Shown here piece by piece: positions 1-7,463 of a DNA stretch of 24,000 bases (the stretch's first letter is position 1; every line of letters begins with the position of its first letter). Position numbers and translations under genes: made by a program. Origin of the DNA: Sporichthya brevicatena (GTDB lineage Bacteria; Actinomycetota; Actinomycetes; Sporichthyales; Sporichthyaceae); NCBI RefSeq assembly GCF_039525035.1, contig NZ_BAAAHE010000011.1, positions 100,270-124,269 of the forward strand, in the 5' to 3' direction. The notes under the pieces were generated by a model, which did not search any database, had not been told where the DNA came from, and was given only the letters and a program-made list of their open reading frames with translations.

Positions 1-1241
1 TCCGTCAGTTGTGCGTGTCCGCGTAGAACCAGCGGTCGGCCGGTGCGCACGACCTCCGCGGCGGGCAGGTGGGAGTCGAGCGGGATCTCGTCGAAGTCCG
101 GCACCCAGCCGGGCACGTCTCCCCCGACGGCCAGCACCTGAAGCCGGTCCCCGCGCAGCAGGTACGCGCGGGCAGAGAGCGCGTGCAGTTCCGCCGCGGC
201 CTCCATCGTCACGGTCCGCGCGATGTCGGAGAGGCTGTGGGCGTGGGCGAGCGCACCGGTCACGCGTTGCAGGGCCGAGAGCCGTTCGGCGGCCTCGGAG
301 AGGCTCGCCAGACGGGAGACCTCCTTCGCCAGCGCCGCCTCGAAGGAGAGCTGTACCGGCATCGGCTCCGGCTCGATCTGCGCTCGGACGGCGTGGATCA
401 CCGACTCCCCCAGCCAACGGCGGAAGACCCGCAGCACCGCCGGGGCCGGAGGACTGAGCAACTGGGCGGAACGCGCGAACCGGTCGGCCTCGTCGAGGGC
501 CTCGAGGTGACGGTGCGCCTTCGCGATGGAGTCGGGCGTCGCGTGCAGGACGAGGGTGAAGGAGCCGTCGGCGTTCGCGGCCTGGCGCGCCGTCTCGTCG
601 CGGTACTCCGCCACCACCAGCGTCAGGTCGTCGAGGAGCCGCTGGACGATCTCGACCGTCGACGGTTCGAACGACCCGGCGGCCAGCGCGAGCTGCAGGT
701 CGCGCACGAGCCCGTCGGTGTGCGCCCGCACCGCGAGCACGAGATCGGCGCGGACCCCGGGGATCCGCACCTCGATGGGCGACTCGAGCTCGTCGTCGGG
801 CCAGTCGAACGCGCCGTCGTCGATCGCGATCGGGGCCACGTCGTGGGGGTCCGGCCGCAGTTCGACCCAGACCGTCTTGCCGCCGTCGACGGGCGCGATG
901 CCCCAGGCGGAGGCGTAGGCGGCGACGAGACCGAGCCCGCGGCCGGTCATGCCCATCGGCAGGTCCCGCGGCGTCAGCGCGAACGACCCGCCGCCGTCGG
1001 TGACCTCGACGCGGACCGCCTCCCCGTCCGTCCGGAGCTGGAGCACCACCGGCCCGGCCGCGTGCAGCACCGCGTTGGTGACGAGTTCGGTGACGACGAG
1101 CTCGACGCCGTCCTGGAAGTCCGGCAGGTCGCGCGTGACCTCCGCCGCGAAGCGTCGGGCCTTCGGAACGGCGTCCGGCTGCGCGGCGAGCACGAGTTGC
1201 ACGTCAGAGTCTCCGCGCCCGGCCCGTGCCCACGCGTCCAT
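1..1241 (-). CDS. Partial signalling protein: N-terminal RsbW/SpoIIAB-like HATPase_c (anti-sigma-factor-type Ser kinase) domain, linker, then a GAF domain running off the window edge. A PP2C/SpoIIE domain may follow outside the window.
   Basis: This ORF is not in the ORF track because it has no stop in the window, so I hand-translated the minus strand. It reads (M)DAWARAGRGDSD-VQLVLAAQPDAVPKARRFAAEVTRDL...ELVTNAVLHAAGPVVLQLRTDGEAVRVEVTDGGG...GRGLGLVAAYASAWGIAPVDGGKTVWVEL, which are RsbW-type ATPase motifs. The later part, ...LSALQRVTGALAHAHSLSDIARTVTMEAAAELHALSARAYLLRGDRLQVLAVGG...VVRTGRPLVLRG, is GAF-like. The start is either ATG (complement 1241-1239) or GTG (complement 1202-1200). The frame stays open to position 3. 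The plus-strand ORFs 69..1715 and 949..2178 are its shadows. Confidence 0.6.
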   Translation of the reverse strand, partial: MDAWARAGRGDSDVQLVLAAQPDAVPKARRFAAEVTRDLPDFQDGVELVVTELVTNAVLHAAGPVVLQLRTDGEAVRVEVTDGGGSFALTPRDLPMGMTGRGLGLVAAYASAWGIAPVDGGKTVWVELRPDPHDVAPIAIDDGAFDWPDDELESPIEVRIPGVRADLVLAVRAHTDGLVRDLQLALAAGSFEPSTVEIVQRLLDDLTLVVAEYRDETARQAANADGSFTLVLHATPDSIAKAHRHLEALDEADRFARSAQLLSPPAPAVLRVFRRWLGESVIHAVRAQIEPEPMPVQLSFEAALAKEVSRLASLSEAAERLSALQRVTGALAHAHSLSDIARTVTMEAAAELHALSARAYLLRGDRLQVLAVGGDVPGWVPDFDEIPLDSHLPAAEVVRTGRPLVLRGHAQLT

Positions 1242-1328
1242 TCTGTCGGTCCACGGGTGCTCCGTTCGGGTGTCCTTGGCCCCGTGTCGGAGGTACGGAG
1301 GTCCCGGAAAACGCGAATTTCGGTCGAG

Positions 1329-2081
1329 TCAGCGGGGGTCGAACGCCGGCGGAGGGAACTGCGGGGTCTGGGCGGTGATGCCGCCGTCGACCGGGATCGC
1401 GGCCCCGGTGATGAAGCTCGCCGCCGGGGAGAGCAGGAAGCAGATCAGCTCCGCGACCTCCTCGGGTTCGCCCCATCGTTGGGCGGGAATCTGCCGGCGG
1501 AGCGCCTCGTACCGCTCAGGGCTCTTCTCCCGCAGCGGCGTCGTGAGCTGGGTGTGGACGGGCCCGGGGCAGACGGTGTTGACGCGGATCCCCTTCTGCG
1601 CGAGGTCGACGGCCGCGCACCGGGCGAGGTTGATCGCACCCGCCTTCGCCGCGCCGTACGCGCCGTGGCGGGGTTCGCCGCCGAGGGCGGAGACCGAGGA
1701 GACGACGACGATTGAGCCGCCGCCGCTGCGTTCCAGCAGCGGGGTCGCGGCCTGCATCCCGACCACGAGGCCGACCAGGTTGACCTCGAGGACGCGGCGC
1801 AGCCGGTCGAGCTCGACGACGTCGACGGACTCCGAGCCGGTGATGCCCGCGTTGAGGACGAGCCCGTCGAGCCGCCCGAACCGGCTGTCGGCGAGCTCGA
1901 CCGCCGCGGCCAGCACCGCGGGGTCCGCGGCGTCGCCCTGGACCGTCGCGGCGCGGTCGGCCGGCAGCCCCGCGCACTCCGCAAGGTCGACGAGGACCAC
2001 CGAACCGCCGCGGTCGAGACACATCTGCGCCGTCGCCCGACCGATCCCGGCCGCACCGCCGGTGATCAGCGTGACCGTCAT
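1329..2081 (-). CDS. Short-chain dehydrogenase/reductase (SDR) family oxidoreductase
   Basis: The protein has [16 protein letters not shown] (the TGxxxGxG Rossmann motif), NAG, and the YGAAKAG (YxxxK) catalytic motif. I trimmed the track ORF 1329..2102 to the ATG at complement 2081-2079, which is preceded by GGAGG (complement of 2087-2091) at 5-nt spacing. Confidence 0.9.
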   Translation of the reverse strand: MTVTLITGGAAGIGRATAQMCLDRGGSVVLVDLAECAGLPADRAATVQGDAADPAVLAAAVELADSRFGRLDGLVLNAGITGSESVDVVELDRLRRVLEVNLVGLVVGMQAATPLLERSGGGSIVVVSSVSALGGEPRHGAYGAAKAGAINLARCAAVDLAQKGIRVNTVCPGPVHTQLTTPLREKSPERYEALRRQIPAQRWGEPEEVAELICFLLSPAASFITGAAIPVDGGITAQTPQFPPPAFDPR

Positions 2082-2209
2082 CCGAACCTCCTGTCCGCGC
2101 ACGTGCCGCCACGAAACCGCGCGACTGGATGTCGAGTCAAGTATTCGGCCGTCTACCGGCCGCGGCTGCCCTCGCTGAGCGTCCCGCTCGAGACAGTCGG
2201 GCCAATTTC

Positions 2210-2238
2210 TTGACTCGTACCATCCCCGGAGCTAGCGT
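2210..2238 (+). promoter_or_regulatory. Candidate sigma-70-type promoter for the 2276 gene (-35 TTGACT, 17-nt spacer, -10 TAGCGT)
   Basis: TTGACT lies at 2210-2215 and TAGCGT (TAnnnT) at 2233-2238, with an exactly 17-nt spacer. The -10 element ends 37 nt upstream of the ATG at 2276. The -35 element sits inside one arm of an 8-bp inverted repeat, GAGTCAAG (2134-2141) / CTTGACTC (2209-2216). Confidence 0.3.
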
Positions 2239-2275
2239 CCGACGCACCGCTCCCCCGCAGAAGGGACCCTGACGC

Positions 2276-3283
2276 ATGTCCACCGCGCAGCCGTTCGACC
2301 ACTTCCCGGACTCGACGTTGACCGGCACCTACACGCCAGACCTCGGGGAGTTCCTCAACGAGCACCCGCGTCTCGGGGTGAACCTGCAGAGCATGTACGC
2401 CTACGGCGGCGGACGGGCCGAGGACGGCTCGCTGTTCGTCGTCCACCGCAAGTTCCTGGCGTCGATGACCGGCGGGCTGACGGTGATGTCGTCGCAGAGC
2501 GGCAGCATGCAGATGCTCCCGGGCACGCCGTACAGCGCGCGCGGTGAGGTGCGCCGGGTGCGGACGCCCGAGGAGTTCCGCTGGTTCGAGCCGCTCATGC
2601 AGCGCATCCCCGAGGACCTGCGCCTGCCCGGCGAGCAGCCACTGGACCTGACCGTCACCAACGACACGTTGCGCTGGGACGAGGGCAACCTGCTCAACCT
2701 GAACGGCTCGATCTGCGCGACCGGCGTGAAGCTGTACTGCTCACTGGAGAAGGCCGGGATGCTCTACACGAGCCAGCCGTACGCGGTCGAGGGTGTCATC
2801 GACGGCCGCCGGATGCAGGGCACGATCTTCCTCGACGCCATCTACTTCCGCCCGCACGGAGCGGAGTGGAAGGAGACCGAGTTCTACACGGACCGTCAGG
2901 TCTTCTGGAACCTCTACGCGAACCAGCTTCAGGACGGCACCACGCAATTCGGCCACCTGGTGCGGTGCACCAACGGCATGAACCTGGTCTGCATGGTCGA
3001 GGGCGACCGCGTCATCGCGTCGACGGACCAGATGGAGGCCGCGTTCTCCCTCGACGACGACGGCAACATCGACCGGGGCGAGTACCGGGTCGACGACATC
3101 GAGATCGCGTTCAGCGGGGTGCCGGACGGCCGCATGGAGGGCCACTCGAAGGCGCGCTGGGGCGGCTACAAGTCGCAGGCCGGCGAGGTCCGCATCAAGG
3201 GCGACGACCGGCCGGTCAAGGTCGGCTTCAGCTGGATGGAGTTCTTCTCGGACCGCATCCGCTCCGAGGGTCTCGCCCGCTAG
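2276..3283 (+). CDS. Hypothetical protein, 335 aa, no recognisable catalytic motif, no signal peptide or TM segment
   Basis: This is a clean ATG ORF with GC3-rich codon usage. Its composition is non-repetitive and globular-looking, rich in aromatic and beta-branched residues and not Arg/Pro-rich like the shadow ORFs. The opposite-strand ORFs over this span have low-complexity translations. I cannot assign a family by eye. Confidence 0.75.
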   Translation: MSTAQPFDHFPDSTLTGTYTPDLGEFLNEHPRLGVNLQSMYAYGGGRAEDGSLFVVHRKFLASMTGGLTVMSSQSGSMQMLPGTPYSARGEVRRVRTPEEFRWFEPLMQRIPEDLRLPGEQPLDLTVTNDTLRWDEGNLLNLNGSICATGVKLYCSLEKAGMLYTSQPYAVEGVIDGRRMQGTIFLDAIYFRPHGAEWKETEFYTDRQVFWNLYANQLQDGTTQFGHLVRCTNGMNLVCMVEGDRVIASTDQMEAAFSLDDDGNIDRGEYRVDDIEIAFSGVPDGRMEGHSKARWGGYKSQAGEVRIKGDDRPVKVGFSWMEFFSDRIRSEGLAR

Positions 3284-3297
3284 TTCCTGATGCTTCG

Positions 3298-3897
3298 TCA
3301 GCCGCCGCGGAGCATGCGCTCGACGAGGTGCTCGACCTCGGCGAGGAACCCGCGGCGGCCGAGGCCCCGGTAGATCTCGTCGCGCTCGATCCACGACGTC
3401 ACCGCGGTCTCGTAGACGCCGAGGACGCTCGCCCCGACGATCAGGCTCCGGGCGGGCGAGAGCTCGGCGTTCGCACGGGCGGCGGCCGCGCCGAGGATCG
3501 GCACCAGCTGGTGCCGGGTGGCCCGTCGTGCCTCCTCGACCTCGTGGTGCGCGGCCACCGAGGACACGAAGAACACCGTCGCATCGGGGTCGCACTCGTC
3601 GAGCCAGACGACGAGGCGCGCGATGGCCGGCCCGAGGTCGATGGCGGGGCCGGTCGTCGGGTCGAGCTCGGCGGCGAACCGCTCGACCAGTCGCGTGCCG
3701 AAGGCCCGGAAGCCTTCGAGCAGGATCTGTTCCTTGCTCTTGAAGTGGTAGTACAGCGCGGCCGTCGTGACCCCGGCGGAGCGCGCGATGTCGGCGACCG
3801 GGATCTCGTCCGGGGTGCCGGTGGCGAACAGCTCCATGCCGGCGCGGATCACGTCGTTCCGCCGGGACGGGCGTCCCACCGCAGCACCGGTCGCCAT
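3298..3897 (-). CDS. TetR/AcrR family transcriptional regulator
   Basis: The N-terminal HTH reads RRNDVIRAGMELFATGTPDEIPVADIARSAGVTTAALYYHFKSKEQIL. I trimmed the track ORF 3298..4341 to the ATG at complement 3897-3895 (MATGAAVGRPSRR...). The upstream 148 codons are antisense to the neighbouring TetR gene. Confidence 0.9.
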   Translation of the reverse strand: MATGAAVGRPSRRNDVIRAGMELFATGTPDEIPVADIARSAGVTTAALYYHFKSKEQILLEGFRAFGTRLVERFAAELDPTTGPAIDLGPAIARLVVWLDECDPDATVFFVSSVAAHHEVEEARRATRHQLVPILGAAAARANAELSPARSLIVGASVLGVYETAVTSWIERDEIYRGLGRRGFLAEVEHLVERMLRGG

Positions 3898-3945
3898 GGG
3901 TCGCGACGGTAACGTACGGATCGCACGCGAGTACGAGGTGACGCA

Positions 3946-4554
3946 GTGACGGAAGCGGTGGGGCCCGGCCCCGGCTCGCGTCGGCCGGAGGTCCTCGCGG
4001 CGGCCATCAAGGTCTTCGCCCAGCGGGGGCTCGCGGGCACCTCGTTCCCCGACGTCGCCGACGCTGCGGGCGTGACCGTCGCGACGGTGACGTACCACTT
4101 CGCGAGCAAGGAAGCGCTCTTCGAGAGCGCGATGGAGCAGGTCCTCGACGAGCTCAACGCCGTCATCGAGGCCGCGCGCCCGACCGACGAGGCGACCGAC
4201 GTCGAGGGCCTCGGCCGCGTCGTCGACGCGGTGTGGGGCTGGTTCGAGTCCCAGCCCGACTCGGCGCGGCTCTACCGCACCCACCTGCAGGCCGCGACCG
4301 GCTCGACCCGCGATCTCCGGGACCGCTTCGTCGCCCTCCACGTCCGCCGCGCGTTCCAGTACCTCCCCGCCGGCCGGCCGTCCGCGAAGCGCCGCCTCGC
4401 CGCCCAGACCCTCGCCCTGCGCTCCCTGATCGCCGCGCTGAACATGGTCGCCGGCGCCCAGTCCGACGACGGCCCCCTCGCCGGCGAGGACAACGACCTC
4501 GTCCGCCGCTCGATGCGCGACCTCGCCCAGCAGATCGTCGCCGCCGAGCCCTGA
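3946..4554 (+). CDS. TetR/AcrR family transcriptional regulator, divergent from the 3298-3897 TetR
   Basis: The gene has a GTG start at 3946. The HTH reads RRPEVLAAAIKVFAQRGLAGTSFPDVADAAGVTVATVTYHFASKEALF. Confidence 0.9.
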   Translation: MTEAVGPGPGSRRPEVLAAAIKVFAQRGLAGTSFPDVADAAGVTVATVTYHFASKEALFESAMEQVLDELNAVIEAARPTDEATDVEGLGRVVDAVWGWFESQPDSARLYRTHLQAATGSTRDLRDRFVALHVRRAFQYLPAGRPSAKRRLAAQTLALRSLIAALNMVAGAQSDDGPLAGEDNDLVRRSMRDLAQQIVAAEP

Positions 4555-4560
4555 CCTCCG

Positions 4561-6636
4561 CTACGTCGTCACCGGCGGGGCGTCGGGGCGGGCCCGGCCG
4601 ACCCACCGCTCCAGCACCTTGGCCGCGACGGCCTCGGGGGTGAGGTCGAGGACGCGGAGGACGTCGGGGCCGGGACCGGAGAGGCCGAACTCGTCGACAC
4701 CGAGGCAGAGGCCGGCGAAGCGGTGCCAGCCGGCGGTGACGCCGGCCTCGACCGAGACGGTGAGCCGGGCGTCGCGCTCGGTCTCGAGCAGCGCGTCGCG
4801 CTCGAGGACGGAGCGCACGCGGCAGTGCAGACCCTGCGCGTCGAGCAGCTTCGCGGCCTCGACCGCGAGCCCGACCTCCGACCCGGTCGCGAGGAACTCG
4901 ACGTCCGGAGCCCGCGAGGCGTCCTGCTTCAGTGCCTCCTCGACGTGCACCACCCGCAGCCGGCGGTCCTCGGTGGGAGCGCAGGCCGAGAGGGCCGGCA
5001 GCGCCTGCCGGGACAGCGCGATCACCGACGGGCCCGAACGGTGCTCGAGGGCGAGGGTCCAGGCCGTGAGTGTCTCGAGTCCGTTGGCCGGGCGGAACAC
5101 CCGCACGCCGGGGATGAGTCGCAGCGACTCCAGGTGCTCGACCGGCTGGTGCGTCGGCCCGTCCTCGCCGACCGCGACGGAGTCGTGCGTCAGCACGTAG
5201 ATCACCGGCTGTCGCATCAGCGCGGACAGGCGCAGCGCGGGCCGGAGGTAGTCGCTGAAGACCGCGAACGTCGAGCCGAAGACGCGGAACCCCCCGTGCA
5301 GGCTGAGGCCGTTGAGCACCGCCGCCATCGCGAACTCACGCACGCCGAACGGAATCGCCCGCCCGGCCCAGTCGTCGCGACGCACGACGGGGAAGCCCGT
5401 GTCGACGCCCGTCGATCCCGCCAGGTCCGCCGATCCACCGACGAGCTCGGGCAGCTTGTGCTGCATCGCCTCCAGCACCTGGCGGGACCAGATCCGCGTC
5501 GCACGAGCGTCGCGGGGACCCGCGCACATCGCCGCGCGGGTGTCCGTCAGGAACTGGTGCCAGTCCGAGGGCAAGGCGCCGGCGAGCCGCCGGTCCCACT
5601 CGCGCCCGCGTGCCGGGTCGGCCAGGCTCAACTGCGTCAGACGGTGTTCCCACTCCCGGCGGCGCGCGGTTCCCACCGCCGCGAGCGAGAGACAGCGGTC
5701 CCGGACCGGCTCCGGGACCGCGAAGGCCGGGTGGTGCCACCCGGCGCGCGCCTTGGCGGCGCTGAGCGCGGTCTCCCCCAGCGGCGACCCGTGCGCCTTC
5801 GGCGTCCCCTCGATCCCCGGCGCACCGCGGCCGATCACCGTGCGGACAGCGAGGAACGACGGACGCGGGTCGGCCTTCGCCGCCGTGAGCGCGGCGTCGA
5901 TCGCGTCGACGTCCGTCCCGTCGGCGACCGGCAGCACGTGCCAGCCGTAGGCCTCGAAACGCGCGAGGACGTCGTCGGAGCAGGCGAGGTCGACGCCCCC
6001 GTCGATCGTGATGCGGTTGTCGTCCCACAGGACGGTCAGCCGTCCCAGCCCGAGGTGACCGGCGAGTGACGCCGCCTCATGGCTGATCCCCTCCATCAGG
6101 CAGCCGTCACCGACGATCGCGTACGTGTGGTGCTCGACGACCTCGGGAAACTCCGCCGCCAGCATGCGCTCGGCGAGCGCCATCCCGACCGCGTTGGCGA
6201 GGCCCTGCCCGAGCGGGCCGGTGGTCGTCTCGACGCCCGGGGTGTGCCCGTGCTCCGGGTGGCCGGGCGTACGGGAGCCGATCCGGCGGAAGGCGCGGAG
6301 CTCGTGCATCGGCAGGTCGTAGCCGAACAGGTGCAGCAATGCGTACTGCAGGGCGCTGCCGTGGCCGGCGGACAGGACGAAACGGTCGCGGTCCGGCCAG
6401 TCGGGATCGGCCGGGTCGTGCTTCAGGTGCCGGCTGAACAACGTCCACGCCATCGCCGCGGCGCCCATCGGCATGCCCGGGTGGCCCGAGTTGGCCTGCT
6501 CCACCATGTCGGCGGCGAGGAAACGAATGGTGTCGACGGCGAGGGCGTCGACATCCGCGCTCGCGTCCACGCTCCTGTCCACGCCCTCGGACCGAATCGC
6601 ACCGGCTCCGTGGGTCTCCAACGTGCTCTGCCGCAT
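4561..6636 (-). CDS. tkt: Transketolase (CBB-cycle associated by context)
   Basis: The 691-aa product contains [40 protein letters not shown], the [14 protein letters not shown]...[13 protein letters not shown] thiamine-diphosphate motifs, and a C-terminal transketolase domain. GGAGG lies 7 nt upstream of the ATG (complement 6636-6634). Confidence 0.95.
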   Translation of the reverse strand: MRQSTLETHGAGAIRSEGVDRSVDASADVDALAVDTIRFLAADMVEQANSGHPGMPMGAAAMAWTLFSRHLKHDPADPDWPDRDRFVLSAGHGSALQYALLHLFGYDLPMHELRAFRRIGSRTPGHPEHGHTPGVETTTGPLGQGLANAVGMALAERMLAAEFPEVVEHHTYAIVGDGCLMEGISHEAASLAGHLGLGRLTVLWDDNRITIDGGVDLACSDDVLARFEAYGWHVLPVADGTDVDAIDAALTAAKADPRPSFLAVRTVIGRGAPGIEGTPKAHGSPLGETALSAAKARAGWHHPAFAVPEPVRDRCLSLAAVGTARRREWEHRLTQLSLADPARGREWDRRLAGALPSDWHQFLTDTRAAMCAGPRDARATRIWSRQVLEAMQHKLPELVGGSADLAGSTGVDTGFPVVRRDDWAGRAIPFGVREFAMAAVLNGLSLHGGFRVFGSTFAVFSDYLRPALRLSALMRQPVIYVLTHDSVAVGEDGPTHQPVEHLESLRLIPGVRVFRPANGLETLTAWTLALEHRSGPSVIALSRQALPALSACAPTEDRRLRVVHVEEALKQDASRAPDVEFLATGSEVGLAVEAAKLLDAQGLHCRVRSVLERDALLETERDARLTVSVEAGVTAGWHRFAGLCLGVDEFGLSGPGPDVLRVLDLTPEAVAAKVLERWVGRARPDAPPVTT

Positions 6637-6685
6637 GAAACAACCTCCGTAGGGCGACAGAGCGATCCCAGCGGCTGCAGCGCGC

Positions 6686-6711
6686 TTCTCCCTCCCCCGC
6701 GGGTGGGAGAA
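6686..6711. promoter_or_regulatory. GC-rich imperfect palindrome/hairpin in the tkt / response-regulator divergent intergenic region
   Basis: The sequence is TTCTCCC-T-CCC-ccgc-GGG-T-GGGAGAA. It forms 7 bp + 3 bp of pairing around one T:T mismatch and a 4-nt loop. Its centre is about 6.5 bp from the midpoint between the two start codons (6636 and 6774). Confidence 0.25.
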
Positions 6712-6773
6712 CGGGGGTGAATTGCGCGGTGGAACCTCGCCCCCACCACGGTTCCGGTCCTAGCCTGTGCGCC

Positions 6774-7463
6774 ATGTCCATGCCGAGCCCCGCCGAGGCC
6801 CCCGCCCCACGCCCGGCCCTGCGCCTCGTGCTGGTCGACGACCACGAGATGGTGCTGCACGGCCTGACCGCGATGCTGGCCCACTTCTCCGACCAAGTCG
6901 TCATCGCCGGGACGGCGACCACGTACGACCAGGCCCTCGCCCTCGTCGACCGGACGCGTCCCGACGTCGTCCTCTGCGACGTCCGACTCGGCCGCACCAG
7001 CGGGATCGACCTGTGCCAGGCGATCACCACGGCCTACCCCGAGGTCTCCGTTGTCCTGCTCTCGGTCTACGACGACGAGCACTACCTGTTCCAGGCGCTC
7101 CGCGTGGGCGCGCGGGGCTACATCCTCAAGCGCGTTGACGCCGCCGAGCTCGTGACCCACCTCCAGCGTGCCTGTGACGGGGAGACCGTGGTCGACCCGG
7201 CCCTGGCCGGGCGCGTCGCACTGTCCGCCGCGCGCATCCACGCCGGCGAGTTCTGGCCCGGCGCACACCTGGGTCTGACCCAGCGTGAGTCCGAGGTGCT
7301 CGAACTGCTCGTCGCCGGACGTTCCAACCGCGCCATCGCGTCGACGTTGGTGATCAGCGAGGACACGGTGAAGACGCATCTGCGCGGCCTGTACCGGAAG
7401 TTGGAGGTGACCGACCGCGCGGGCGCGGTCTCGGTCGCCCTGCGGGAGGGCATCTTCCGGTGA
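6774..7463 (+). CDS. NarL/FixJ (LuxR-type HTH) family response regulator
   Basis: The REC domain reads LRLVLVDDHEMVL...DVVLCDVRL (phospho-acceptor Asp)...VVLLSVYDD...GYILK. The C-terminal LuxR HTH reads LTQRESEVLELLVAGRSNRAIASTLVISEDTVKTHLRGLYRKLEV. I chose the ATG at 6774 rather than the track's GTG at 6717, so the start is somewhat uncertain. Confidence 0.9.
   Translation: MSMPSPAEAPAPRPALRLVLVDDHEMVLHGLTAMLAHFSDQVVIAGTATTYDQALALVDRTRPDVVLCDVRLGRTSGIDLCQAITTAYPEVSVVLLSVYDDEHYLFQALRVGARGYILKRVDAAELVTHLQRACDGETVVDPALAGRVALSAARIHAGEFWPGAHLGLTQRESEVLELLVAGRSNRAIASTLVISEDTVKTHLRGLYRKLEVTDRAGAVSVALREGIFR

Noticed and set aside
69-2178. Long plus-strand ORFs 69..1715 (548 aa) and 949..2178 (409 aa)
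   Set aside because: Their translations are Arg/Gly/Pro/Asp-rich low complexity with no motifs. They lie antisense to a minus-strand frame with clear RsbW-HATPase/GAF motifs and to the SDR gene. They are typical high-GC shadow ORFs.
3898-4341. An N-terminal 148-codon extension of the first TetR (track ORF 3298..4341)
   Set aside because: It is antisense to the second TetR gene. The HTH begins right after the ATG at 3897.
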